64,000 nucleotides of DNA, taken from Rhynchopus sp. YZ270_cl-10 (taxonomy: Eukaryota). The DNA lies in contig OZ037833.1 of assembly GCA_964035575.1 (NCBI GenBank), positions 1,550,001-1,614,000 on the forward strand, given 5' to 3'. Position 1 is the first letter of the stretch, and each line of letters starts with the position of its first letter. The position numbers and the translations under genes are program-made. Positions 37,268 through 49,318 of the stretch are shown here, one piece after another. The notes under the pieces are model-generated. The model was not told the DNA's origin. It saw only the letters and a list, made by a program, of their open reading frames with translations, and did no database searches.

Positions 37268-39112
37268 CTACTGTCCCTCCTGGCCCTGGGTGATGACGTC
37301 GTCGATCTTGAGGATCATCTTCACCACCTGGGTAGCAAGGCGCATCTGCTGCGTCTTTCCGTGGAGGGTCTCGTACACCTGCTGCTTCTTCATGTCGAAG
37401 GTGTCGTTCTCCATGCAGTCCACTCCAAGGTAGCTGTTCTTCTCAAGCTGCTGCTGGGACTTGACACGCGACAGAGTCACAACTCCGTTCATGCCGCTGT
37501 TCTCAGCAAGGGTGATCGGGATGGCGTCAAGTGCGGCAGCGAATCCGCGGATCGCGTACTGCTCTTCGCTCGAGATCTTGTCCGCCTCCTCCTCAACGAA
37601 CAGCGAGCATGCAATCTCGGCACTGCCTCCTCCGTACACGATTCTGTTGTCACGGACAAGGTTTCTCACGATGCAGAGTGCGTCGTGGATGGAACGCTTT
37701 GCCTCCTCAATGATCATCTTGTTTCCTCCACGGATGAAGATCGTGACAGCCTTCGAGTTGGTGCAGCCCTCAATGAAGATCATGCGGTCCTTGGTGGTTC
37801 CGAAGGACACCTCACGGATGACACCAGCGTGTCCCAGCTTGTCAGGTGTGAGCTCCTCGAAACGGGGCACGATGCGTCCTCCGGTTGCGATTGCGAGCAG
37901 CTCAAGCTCCACTCCACCAACCCAACGCACGGCAGGGAGCTGGTTCTTGTGGAGAAGGTAGTTCGCCTCGTCATCAAATCCCCACTGGCACATCACAATG
38001 CTGGCACCGCTTGCCTTGACAAGTTCCACCTGCTTGCGGAAGTAGTCCTGCTCGATCTCGGACAGCTGTGCGTAGCTCTCTGCGGAGTCAACGTCGACCT
38101 TGTGCTTGGTCTTGGGCTTCGGGGGTTCAAATGCACAGGTCAGGATTGCAACCTTGGCATCCTTTAATTCCTTAGCCATCTGTGGTGGATAAAGTGAAAG
38201 GTGAAAAGATGAAGAGATGAAGAGGTAATGAATCCATACCTGAGGATGGCTGATGTCCTTGTCCAACACAATTCCGTTCACAAGCTGGGTCTCCTCAATA
38301 CGTCCACCAACTTTGCTCTCAATCTTGATGAGGTCGAAGTTCACGTCCTTGCGCTCAAGGTCGGCCACCTACGTGAGTGAGTGTTGATTGATGTGAACTG
38401 TGGTAGTGGTGTGATGCATACCGCAAGCACGGCAGAGACACAGATGTCAGCCATGTGATCTCTGTGACGGTTGATGATTTTGCTGTTAAGGGTCGAGCGT
38501 GCTGTTTGCAGAAGGCTCTCCTTGCCGCTGACGTCCACCTGTGTTGGGAAGGAAAGTGCAGATAAAGATATTGATACCAGCTTGCCATGTATTGCAGTAT
38601 CAAAAGATTAGCTGTTCAGATGCTCTCTGCTTTATGTTCTCAGAAACACAGGTGCGTGACCATACCTTGTCAGAGATGGTGGCGAGGTGCTGGCAGGCAA
38701 GCTCGCACGCCTTCTCGAACCCCTCAGCAATGCGGGTTCCGTGGATGCCCTTGTCGAGGAGCGACTCGGCCTGCTCCAGAAGTGCCCCCGCCAGGACCAC
38801 CACCCCGGTGGTTCCGTCTCCAATTTCGTTGTCCTGACTCTTGCTGAGGTCGACAATGAGCTGGGCGATGGGGTTGGCAACGTCCATCGAGTCGAGGATT
38901 GTGGCTCCGTCGTTGGTGACGGTGACCTCGCTGTCGGGGCTCACCATCATCTTGTCCATCCCACGTGGTCCGAGGGAGGTCTTCAACACATTGGCGAGCG
39001 TTCTTGCTGCCTGGATGTTCTCCTTCTGCGCCTCAACACCACGGACACGTTCCTTCTGCTGCTCTTTCAAGATAATGAACGGTCTGCCGTACTCATCGAA
39101 TGTTAGAGCCAT
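37268..39112 (-). CDS. CCT5: T-complex protein 1 subunit epsilon, copy 2
   Basis: Near-identical exons to copy 1. Confidence 0.95.
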
Positions 39113-39916
39113 GATGACGGTTTGCTGCAGGGTGGTTGTGTGGTGTGTTGCGGTGGGGTAGATAGCATCAATAAACATCTTCGAGGGTTTTGCTTTAGTT
39201 TTATTTTTTTGGAGCACTTGACAACACGGGTTGCCAAATACTTAGGGGAAAAAATAAAATAAAAGTTGAAAGATGAGTATGACTCGCGTGCACACACATC
39301 TTACAATTGAACGCACACACAAAGTGAACACTAACCAAAAACAAGGAAAACTTGAACCATGAATACGACTCACGCACGGACCGACACCTTGTCTCTTCTC
39401 GTACACGAGAAGACAGCAAAGCGAAGTTTATCCCAATGAATTAGCTCTTCAGAAACACTTCGCCAGCGACGTCAAACAAAAAAAAAATGTATTTTTTTTT
39501 TTCTGTTACATTTTCGAACTGAAAACATAACCCCTCACCCCCACCCATTCTAAAACGGCTCTGTTACAGCCGCGAGCCTCCAGTTCCCCCACCCCATTTC
39601 ACTGATGGCTTTTTCTTTTTTATCCACCCTGTACTCTCTCAGGCAAGTTTTGGTTTTAGTTTTTTATTATTATTTTTTTACTCTATATTTCTCTTTTTAG
39701 TCAGATCACGTATTTTTGCCACAGTGTGACCGTTCGGTACTGCAATATCGAGAATGTACTTTCCTTCATAATTGCATTGTGAGGTGGTTCTCCTGTGGAG
39801 TGAAAGAAAATTTGACTTGAAACAAAGCCCTCTCGTGACAGTGTACCATTGGTACATGACCGGCGCACCTGGGTGGACCCCCCAACCAAAACAGTCAGAA
39901 AAGAAGAAAAGTTTAT

Positions 39917-39950
39917 AAGATGACCCTAAGCCTCTCGTGCTTAGTCACCT
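39917..39950 (-). repeat. Best copy of a dispersed ~34-nt stem-loop family (at least 13 copies between 2258 and 56230)
   Basis: Plus-strand consensus AAGATGA(A/C/T)CCTAAGCCTC.(C/T)GTGCTTAGTCACCT. Confidence 0.8.
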
Positions 39951-41055
39951 TAAAGAAAACCTGAGACTAATGGTTTACCCACAGTGCGCAACACATATTC
40001 TGCACCTTGGCATTACCCCCTTTCAAGGTGAACAGAAAAGCATCTTTCTCACTATATTTCAAGACAAATAAAACAACACCTTTGTTCCGTGCACAAAATA
40101 ATGAGGCAAGGACTGAACACAAATGGTTTGACAGCAAAAAGAAAAGTTGTAAGATGAATATGCCTCACGTGCTTACACATCTTTTAAAAGGGGGCGCGCA
40201 CAGTGAACGCATGACTTGGAAAAAGTATTTTTACTTTTGGGGCGGGGAATGAAAAGCAAAATAAATTTTCAAAAAAAAAAAAAAAAAAAAAAAAAGAAGA
40301 AGAAGAAGAGAAGAGCTGAACTCCCATAAATCACTTCATTGCCATGCACACTGTTACCACGAGGTTGTATGCAGGTACATAATCACTGTCCCCCCCAAAA
40401 AAAAATAAAAAATAAAAAGGTTGGTAAAGTGAACCTAAGCCTAAAGCCTAAGCATAAGCCTAAGTATTACTGTGATTACGGCCACCTCTGTTAAAAAGAC
40501 AAAAAACAGTTTTTTTTGTGTGAGAGGAGAGAAGAGTGGAAAAAATAGAAGAAAAAAAAATTCACTTCGTTGCTCTGCACACACACAGGGGAATTGGGGG
40601 GTGTTTACACCACGAAGATATTAGGTTGGCAAGTCTGAAAAAAGGGGGCGTTATTTTTATATTTTTTTGGGGGGGTTTATCAAAAGTATTTTTTTTTTAT
40701 CGACAATCACCCTATCCGAGGACGGGTTCTGTGCACAAAGTCGCCCGAAGGCTAATGAACTTTTTTTTGTTTGTTTGATCATTAGGCCACTACCAGGAGG
40801 CAGCGCCTAAGGGTTGGTTATCATAAGGCATGATCGCTTCCATCCCCTGTCCAATTTCAGTTCCTCCAGGGTTTCCCAGAATAGCGAAGATTTTCATCAA
40901 GAAAAAAAAAAAACCCCCCCCTCCCTTTCCCAACAAAAAAAAATCATTTTTGAAATCATGCACACGACAAAACTGATTATTTTAATACTTAGCAAAAATA
41001 ACTTGAAAATCTTGCACTTTCCCCCCACACCCTTTTTTTTATAGGTCGAATGCCA

Positions 41056-41337
41056 TCACTTGGCTTCTTTCACTTCTGCGGGGGGGGTTTTCCTCTGCGC
41101 CATTAGTCTCTGTATGTGGATCGCTTTCTCCTGTATTTGCTGGTCGATCGCCTCGCTGCTGCGCTGGAGGTATTTCAGCTCGTCCAGGGTCTGCTTCAGC
41201 TCATGCGGAAGGTCTCCATTGCTGATGGAGTGCCTGGCAACGGCGGCACCTTCCTTCACGTTACTCGGGGCAGGGGATTGCTCAGGGGTATCCACGTCCA
41301 CGACACTGGTCACGTCTTTCGACTCTCCTGCTCCCAT
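41056..41337 (-). CDS. Small coiled-coil protein with predicted N-myristoylation motif
   Basis: MGAGES start (MGxxxS); coding-like composition; pyrimidine tract upstream. Confidence 0.6.
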   Translation of the reverse strand: MGAGESKDVTSVVDVDTPEQSPAPSNVKEGAAVARHSISNGDLPHELKQTLDELKYLQRSSEAIDQQIQEKAIHIQRLMAQRKTPPAEVKEAK

Positions 41338-41685
41338 TTTTTAGTTTGTGCTCTTTAAGTGGATTGCCTAAGAAGGGTAGTTAAGAGAGAAAGAGAGGAG
41401 GAGAAAGGGGGAGAAGGGGGGAGAAGGGGGGAGAAGGGGGGAGAAGGGGAAAAGGAAGTAATTGGAATAGGTGGGTTAAACCCAAGACCCAAGTGTAGTG
41501 AATTGTGGGGTGAAATGACAAAAAATGAGGGAGAAAGGGGGAACTGTTTTTTTTGCGATTCCCACAAAAAAAAAAGGAAAAGAAAAAAAGGAAGATGAAT
41601 GCACACCTCGAGTAGAACACATCTTTTAAAAAATAGTACCGGGGGTGTGTCCCGACGTTTTTTTTTTTTTTTTTTTTTTTGAAAC

Positions 41686-42240
41686 ATAGTTATTATTCAC
41701 CTCCTTTTAGCGGGGTTTTATTTTGCGATAACTTCACGCATTTTTTTCCCAGGCGAGGGCTACTTAATTTGCCGAGCGAAGCGAGGCAAATTGAGTGCAC
41801 GAGCCTGGGAAAAAAATAAGTGAAGTATCGCAAAATAATCCGCTAAAAGGAGGTGAATACGTAATTTTATTTCACGGGAAATAAAGTATACGAAAGGATT
41901 TGGCACTTTTAGCGTGACTTATTTATTGTGCAATAACTAACGAGTATGTGTCCTCACAGGAAGCTCTCAGGGAAAAAAAAAAAAAAGAGCGTGAAAAAAA
42001 AAAAAAAAAAAGCTCTCATTACCCTCCCGCCAGCGCTACCGGGTCCCGCGGACCCCTAGATAGGCCCGCTGAGGGGCTGGCGGGATTGAGGAGGCTGGAG
42101 GGAGGCTAAAAAAGGCTGGACGGTCCCTCCAGCCCTACTACCTACATGTACCAAAATTTAGCGTGAAATTATCATTAAATAAAATCCCGCTAAAAGTGCC
42201 AAATCCTTCGTATACTTTATTTCCCAGGGGAATAAAAATT
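41686..42240. mobile_element. Non-autonomous element with hairpin plus IR architecture (Crypton-like)
   Basis: Palindrome 41694-41859 with CGAGCGAAGCGAG apex; IRs 41863-41925 and 42176-42240. Confidence 0.65.
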
Positions 42241-42421
42241 TTTGAAAAAAAAAAAAAACTAAGACTGGTGCCCACACACCCCCGTACTCTACCCCACTGC
42301 GATGCCACAAAAAAAAAAAAAAGGTTTTTTTTTTTGCAAGTGTCTCTGCGTTTGACCCCTCTTCCGAAAGGGGAGAGGGGGGGGAGCAAAATTTAAAAAA
42401 ACTCTTTGTTTTTGCAAAGAA

Positions 42422-43009
42422 AACATGAAAAGCTGCTCGCCATGGTGGAGGCCCGTCTGTTGGACGCCGAGACCGAGGAGGAGCTGCACCGTGCACAGGC
42501 TTTGGTACGCCTGTTGGAGGAGGCACGGAAGGCCACGCTGCGCATAGCAGCAGAAGAAGAGGAACCCCCCGTCGTGCAGGAGGAGAAGCAGACGACGGAG
42601 GTGACGGCGGCACCACCGCCAGCGAAGGAGACACCCGGCACCTGCCCAGATGCCACCGCAACGACCCCCCCCACCAGCAGGAGGCTTGGCTCTACTGGTG
42701 GGGCAACGACGCCTCACGAGGCGCATACGACGAAGCCGGCGCCGCCGCCTCCACCCGACGACCGCCTGCACCCACTGACTCGCCCACCCGACGGTGGATG
42801 GAAGTGCCCACCCGACCGTGGGTGGCTGTGCTCACCTGCAAGAACGTGTTCTCTGAAGTGCCCACCCGACCGTGGACGGCTGCGCACCGCAAAGACCATC
42901 GCCTGGAGCAATTCGGGCATAACATAGAAGCGTGTAGTATAGTGGAGTTCATCTTCGGGTGTCTACACTAAAACAACCAAGTTTTCAAAAAAAAAAAAAA
43001 AAAAAAAAA
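42422..43009 (+). mobile_element. Probable 5'-truncated retroposed fragment (ORF remnant, conserved 3' motif, poly-A)
   Basis: Only coding-like segment on + in this region; ends ATAGTGGAGTTCATCTTCGGGTGTCTACACTAAAACAACCAAGTTTTC(A)n; the same 3' motif occurs reversed and split at 50841-50853/54715-54755. Confidence 0.5.
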
Positions 43010-43347
43010 CACAAAGAAGCCGCGAGGGCAGAGAGAAGCATCACTATACATCACACAAGGAAAAAAAAAGCACCGCTTTTTAAAGAACCCCACACACGGT
43101 TTTTGAAGAAAAAAGTACCACAAATGGTGATCCCGAAAGTGCCAAAAGTGACAGGTCCCTGACAGGTCTTTGACAAGATTCGGGTACACCAACAAAACAA
43201 AAAAAAAAAAAATGGGGATTGGTGCAGCGAATTAGAACCCACCCTTCCCATTATCCCCACCCACATAACACAAAAACAGCCAGATCTCGAACGGTTCATA
43301 TTTCTGTCCATTTTTCGTCGGTCCTTCACTCCTTCACAGTCGCATCA

Positions 43348-44039
43348 TCAGTCCTCGTCCTCGTCGCTTGCCTCCGGGGGAACCTTGTCCATTAGTGTAC
43401 GAATGATGCATCCCTTTCCTCCTACATCGGAAACCTGTGTTTAGTGTTTATTGATTTATCAAAAGCCCTGAAAATAAAGAAAAAATTGACTTGAAATACA
43501 ACAGCGCCCTCTCTCGTGATAGTATTTGACCTGAGTGGACACCCAACTATGCAGTCCTACATCCATTTTTCGTGGTTTACATCTGATAAAAAAAATACAG
43601 AAAACGACGTGGATAATGAGTAGACCGATTGGTTATAATCTGATGATTATACGATGTACTTTTTAGAAGGGGGCCTGCCTGAATGGGGTTTTTTTTTATG
43701 AAGACTTTGATATTGTGCTCTTGTTCTTGTTTTTTTGCAGGGCGATTTGCTCTGCAGTTTTGTTCTCTTTTTTTTGTGGGTAAAATGGAAGGGGGCAGGG
43801 CAACATACAACTGCGTGCCATCTGAAGAGCACGCTGGAGCTCTTCCCCGACTCGAGTCCCTTGTAAATGACTCTCATGAGCGTGTCAAGCTGTACTGTGT
43901 CGAGGCCCTCGCAGAGTTCTTTTATCGCAGCCTCCTCAGACGTCTTGCCCAGGACAACGACAACACCATCAGCCTGCTTCTTTGTCAGCTCCGTGAAATG
44001 CACATCTTTTAATTCTTTTAATTTGGTGGACAAAGACAT
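43348..44039 (-). CDS. ARPC5: Arp2/3 complex subunit 5 (p16-Arc); exons 44039-43809 and 43434-43348
   Basis: LDTLMRVIYKGLE...SVLFRWHAV|VSDVGGKGCIIRTLMDK; GT-AG intron 43435-43808. Confidence 0.85.
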
Positions 44040-46195
44040 TTGTGCTGTGTTTGTGTTTTGCTGCGAAAGGAACTATGTGCAATAATGCGTAGGAAAGGCG
44101 TTACAAAGGGCACAAAAATAAAAGGGGGCGATGGGGGGAAATACAAGATTCTTTTTCGACGCTCTCCTAAAATTTGCTACCTTCCTTTTTTTTTTTTTTT
44201 CGTTTGTGGGTTCACAGCATGGTATTTGGGAATCTGCGAAGTAAGATCTGCACTTTTTTTTTTTCTTTTCTGAAAACCTATCAAGATAGCACATACCTCT
44301 AGGCACATACGTATCCTCTTTTCTTTTTTTTTTTTTTTTGAAAGTTGCTCAGATGAACCAACACTTCACTGTGTTTAGTCACCTTGGGGTAGGGGGGAGG
44401 GGGTGCGCCTCTGAGGACGGTTGCTAGGGGTATGGGTGTGGGTGGGGACATACTCAAGAAACACCCTTATTTTTTTTTTTTTTTTGCCTTTACGTAAAAC
44501 GAACAATACCTACAATGATAATGAGCACGAAGTGGAGGGGAGGATTCTGGGGGGTGTGGGGTGGGGTGGGGAAAAGATTGCGTTGTGTAGTCCATGATCA
44601 TCCCCTTATTATTTTTCGTTTTTTTTTTTTTTTTGTATTTGATTTGAAAAACGGTCAGCGACCATGCATAACAGTCTACATGGCAATGAGCAAACCTAAA
44701 AAATAATTTTAAAATAAAAATAAAAATAAAAAGGTTGGGTGTAGTCGCAACACAAAAGCTCAACTGCACAACTCCAACAATTTTCCTCTCAATGAAGAGA
44801 AAAAAACGGTGAACGACACTCGGAATCATCCAAAAGATTAAGATATTGTTTTCTATCGATAATAATATCCGTCATCCATCATCCAAAAAAAAAAAAAAAG
44901 TCGGGCAGTTATGGGTTTTTGTGCCTTTCGTACAAACAAAAAAACCCAACAAACACTTATCCGTGTATTTTCGGGGGCTTTTTTCATCGTTCTTTTGATA
45001 CTTTGCTTTTGGGGTGAGTGCAAATCAGACCACAATCACACAAGACAAGGCAACAAGGTCATGTCTGCAGTTTTCATTGGGTACCGGGCCTGTTGTGCAG
45101 CTTTCTACAGTTTGTAATGGATTTTTCATTCAGGCACTCCGCTAGGTACTAAAGTTCTGTTGATTGTCAACAGAACTTTTTGAAAATGGGGAAAAAAAGA
45201 AAAAAAAAAAAAAGTTCTGCTAAGTGGTTCAGACCCGTTCCACCTGTCAAAAAAGCTCAGGAGAAGAAGATATGGAGAGGTGAGTGCTCAAACGTCCCAA
45301 AAAAGTCAAAATCGGGCGTTGGTAAAAAAAAAAGTTGCGTACCGTGCGCCTGCGGCGCAAGCATGTACCCACCAACGTGGACCATCAACAGAATATTTTC
45401 AAAATCGGAAATCCTAGCGGAGAGCCTGTTTTCATTACAAAAAAAAAAAAAAAAAAAAAACACACACGTTGGGGTGGGGGGTTTCTTCTTCTTTCACTTC
45501 GTTCAAGATAATCGGACTGCTAAAAAAAACGACCACAATTTGTGGGAATAATCGTAGAGAATAACCAAGGGGCAAATGGTATGGTTTTTATCTCCATTAG
45601 TACCACCACTCCTTTCGACACATGCACAGAATTTGACACATAGCCCAGGGTTGACTACACGATTACCAGGTCCAGGTGGGAGAGCAATAAGTAAAAAGCG
45701 GGTATGCAATTGCATGCTCACTTTTTGCTCACCCACTTGAACCTGACAAACCGTGTAAACCCTTTTAATGTTGAACACATATTTTCCACCTTGACAAAAC
45801 AATACTGCTTGTCAAGAATTTATATGCTGGGTTTTTCCCGACACAGAAAAAAAAAAAAACGTGAGAACATATGGGAAATTCCTTTTTATCGTACGTTTGT
45901 TTGCATGCTTTCATCAAAGCCATGGGGCAATAAACAGAACACAAAAAAACTGCTATCGACAAAACGTATGTATCGCGTCTGTGCGCTGTGCGGGGCTGTG
46001 GTCGGGGAGCCGCGAGGTGAGTAAAAAAGAACCTCTTTTTTTTTTGGCTGTTTCTGAAAGCAGGGGGCAATGGGGCGATGGGGGGGTGTGGAGATGTCGG
46101 GTGGGAAGGGGGGAATATGCAATACCTTGGGGAAGCGGTATGACCACAAAAAAAAATGGGGGAAAAAAATAAATCAAAGACTGGTGCTCCGGGGG

Positions 46196-46315
46196 TAATG
46201 GTGGCAGTATTGTGATGGGAGCCCATTGGAATACACAAAATACATCAAAATACACGTGTATTTTGATGTATTTTGTGTATTCCAATGGGCTCCCATCACA
46301 ATACTGCCACCATTA
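46196..46315. mobile_element. Perfect 120-bp palindrome with 8-bp TSD (hAT-like MITE)
   Basis: Two exact 60-bp arms, no spacer; TCCGGGGG at 46188-46195 and 46316-46323. Confidence 0.85.
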
Positions 46316-47144
46316 TCCGGGGGGGGAGGTCGATGTTGACAGGTCGTTGACACAGGGATGTACACTACTAGACAACCCCCCCCGATATTGACAGGTTACT
46401 GACCGATTTCCGTAAGCACCAAAGACACAAAAAAAAAAAAAAAAAAAAACACAAAAGACACATCTCAAAAAAATGAAATTAGTTGGAAGAATGGGCAAAA
46501 AACACACATATCACAACAAGAACAAACCATGGATGTGATAAAGACCCGCGCACAATTGAAGCATGGTTTTCAAACATGTCAATATGCATTCTAACTTGAG
46601 GTGGTCTCTATCTCTTTTTTTGTGGCAAAAAAGAAAAAAATGAAAAGTTTATAAGATGACCCTAAGCCTCTCATGCTTAGTCTGATTAGATTATTCTTTG
46701 GTTTATTCATCATCATTGTGCTTTGTCACCTCAAAAATAAAATGGAAAAATAAAAAGAAAGAGCCACATCGATATAAAGTGCTTCTGTACAATAGAATGT
46801 CTTGAAAAACGCAAAAGGGGGGATTGAAAAATGGAATTTTTTTTTTTGAAATCTCACATCCAAAAAAAGAAAGAAAAAGAAAGAAATGGTTGAGGAAGAT
46901 GAACGGAAAGCTCTAAGGGGAAAAAAACTTTCTAAATATGCAGGAGATGGGGATAACCCTGACCCAATATTTCTTTTTTTTTTTTTTTTTTTTTTTTGAA
47001 AAAAATAAATAAATCAACAATTCATGGGCCCCTCACCATACACCTTCTTACGAAAGCATTCCCCCTTCCCTCATTTGTTGGCTTTTGAGCACAGTACGCA
47101 CTCCAAATGCGGACAGGAAAGACAATGAAATACAAACCACAGTA

Positions 47145-47679
47145 CTGGGGGGGAGCTATTAAAGTATACGTATACTTTATTCGGCGGGAATTACTGCTTA
47201 AATGGCCAAAAAACGAAAAGGGGAAAAAAAAAAAAAATCACTGTTATTTTGGGGTTTCTAGTGGCCGAAACCTCGCGAAAACACCACCATTGACATTTTT
47301 GGGCCAATCCCAGCCAGTGGTGGGGTCAATGTGGAAAAATGAACAATTTTTTGGTGACTTAAATTTTCACAAATCTGAACCCCATCAGCACCAATCGTGT
47401 AAAAACTGATACACGCGTTATAGGTCAAAAAGACTCGTTTCTCAGCACAAAGTGACCCCATCACAGCACGCACAGAATCCGGACCACCGAAATCAAAAAA
47501 AAAATTTTTCGATTTTTTGTGCAAAACTTGCTGAAAAAATTTTTTAGTAAGAAAAATGTACACAAAAACCGTATACTTTATTTCACAGATTTCCACGCTC
47601 AAAATGGGTTTCCGCGCCGTATACTTTATTACCCCCGTATACTTTATTAGCACCGTATACTTTATTAGCCCCCCCCCAG
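47145..47679. mobile_element. TA-flanked MITE (CTGGGGGGG..GCTA.TAAAGTATACG TIRs) with subterminal CGTATACTTTATT repeats
   Basis: TIRs and TA on both sides. Confidence 0.7.
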
Positions 47680-47987
47680 TAACAAAAATAACGAACTGGG
47701 GGGGGGTTTGTTCTGTGACGTAACCTCAAAAACTGTAACTTTCCCCCCCGCTTTTTTCTCTCCCTGTTTCTTTCCCAAAAAAAATAGGAAAGATGGCAAA
47801 AAAAAAAAACTAATAATAAGGTAGACATGGATGAAGGCAACAAATGAGATACGAGCATTTGACTTGAAGTACAAATGCTCTCTCTCTCGTGAAACAGTGT
47901 CCCTTTGGTATGACCGGTGCACCGTGGGAGGACCCCCAACCATGCAGTCCTACATCCATTTTTTTTTTCGTGTACATCTGATAAAAT

Positions 47988-48076
47988 CATGGGGGGTAAA
48001 AGATCTTATCACGATCTAAAATTTCGGAAATCTCTCACAACTTCGTTTCTTGATCGTGAAAAAAAAAAACGTCGTG

Positions 48077-48112
<36 letters not shown>

Positions 48113-48963
48113 GGTGAAAATGACCGTATTTTTGGCTGAAATTTTCACTTGAAAATTTTTTTCCAGAAAAAGTCAATCTGAGATTTTCTTTAGATTTTTT
48201 GGGCCATTGTATCACCTACCACGCCCGATTTAGGGCAAAGAAATTTTTTTTGCTTTGGTCAAAAACAAGCATGTTCCCAGATCAGTGATTTTGACCAAAA
48301 TTTTGGGGTCCAGATCACGCGTTTTTGTCGATCGCATCGTCCGATTCGGCGCGATTGCAGAAAGTGGTGGGGTCATTTTGGAAAAATGGACAAAATTTTA
48401 TTGACCTAAATTTTTGCAAAATATGAACCACAAGGGTCATTTTCAGGTTTGAAAACCTAACTTCAGATGAAATTGTGGTGTTTTGAGTGGGAACACAGTA
48501 GCGCCGCAGGCGCACGGTACCCAACTTTTGTCTTTTTTCTTTTTCTCTGCTTTCTTTTGATTGCGCGAGCCGATTGCTCTCCACGGTGGGGTCACATGTG
48601 TGTCCAAAAACACTCCCAAATACTCTTACTATGAAATATGAGATTCTCTGGTTTTAGTAAGGAAAAACGTACCGAGCAAAATCGTCAAAAATCTACGGTA
48701 GTCGGTAGGGGCGTAGCGCGACCCCCGTGCGTGCCCACTTTTTTTTTTTTGTTTTTCCCGGAAAAGTACCGCAGTTGACGGATCGCGATCCGTGCGAACC
48801 GTGGTGGTGACTCATCTGAAAAAATATTGAGTAGAACTGCTGCAGATCGTGTGCGAGCACTTTTTTTTTTTTTTTTTTTTTTTTCCTTTTTTTCACGACG
48901 TGACACGATGTGAAAAAGATGATAAGATTCCACATCATCTGAAAAGATGTTTCACCCCCCATG
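47988..48963. mobile_element. Non-autonomous TIR element, CATGGGGGG termini, 6-bp TSD TAAAAT
   Basis: CATGGGGGGTAAAAGATCTT versus reverse complement CATGGGGGGTGAAACATCTT; TAAAAT at 47982-47987 and 48964-48969. Confidence 0.7.
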
Positions 48964-49208
48964 TAAAATGAGGCAAAAAAAAGTATGAAAAAAAAGGGTT
49001 TATAAAATTGAACCTGAGCCTCTCTAGCCACCTTTAAAAATGACTGCTCATTAGTGTGGCATGGGGATGTGCTCGACCTATCTTTATACAATAGGCTGAC
49101 ACATTCCCACTAATAGAAGTAGATTCCGGCATTCAATATGCCACCTTTTAAAAAGGCTACAAATGTCAATACACATTTTGCACTCACAATCTCCCTGAGC
49201 ACACCATA

Positions 49209-49318
49209 CACGACGGTGAAGTAACGGGTGTTCACGTTACAGGTGGCACTTGTAACGGTTTTTCACTTGTAACGTTACGAGTAACTTCACTTGTAATGTA
49301 ACATACGTCACCGTCGTG
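49209..49318. mobile_element. 110-bp MITE (CACGACGGTGA TIRs, TA flanks, internal GTAAC/GTTAC repeats)
   Basis: Exact 11-bp TIRs plus TA. Confidence 0.65.

Noticed and set aside
34507..38167. Long plus-strand ORFs (also 22964-24010, 25154-26179, 27775-28785, 57287-58393)
   Set aside because: Antisense shadows of GC-biased minus-strand genes
39930..39940. CACGAGAGG similarity to the rRNA sarcin-ricin loop
   Set aside because: Only ~8 nt match; flanking rRNA sequence absent
40434..40464. Telomere-like (CCTAAG)n run
   Set aside because: Short and imperfect; better explained as slippage within a 34-nt hairpin family copy
47570..47670. TACTTTATT repeats resembling the SL 3' end
   Set aside because: Subterminal repeats of the TA-flanked MITE; no other SL sequence
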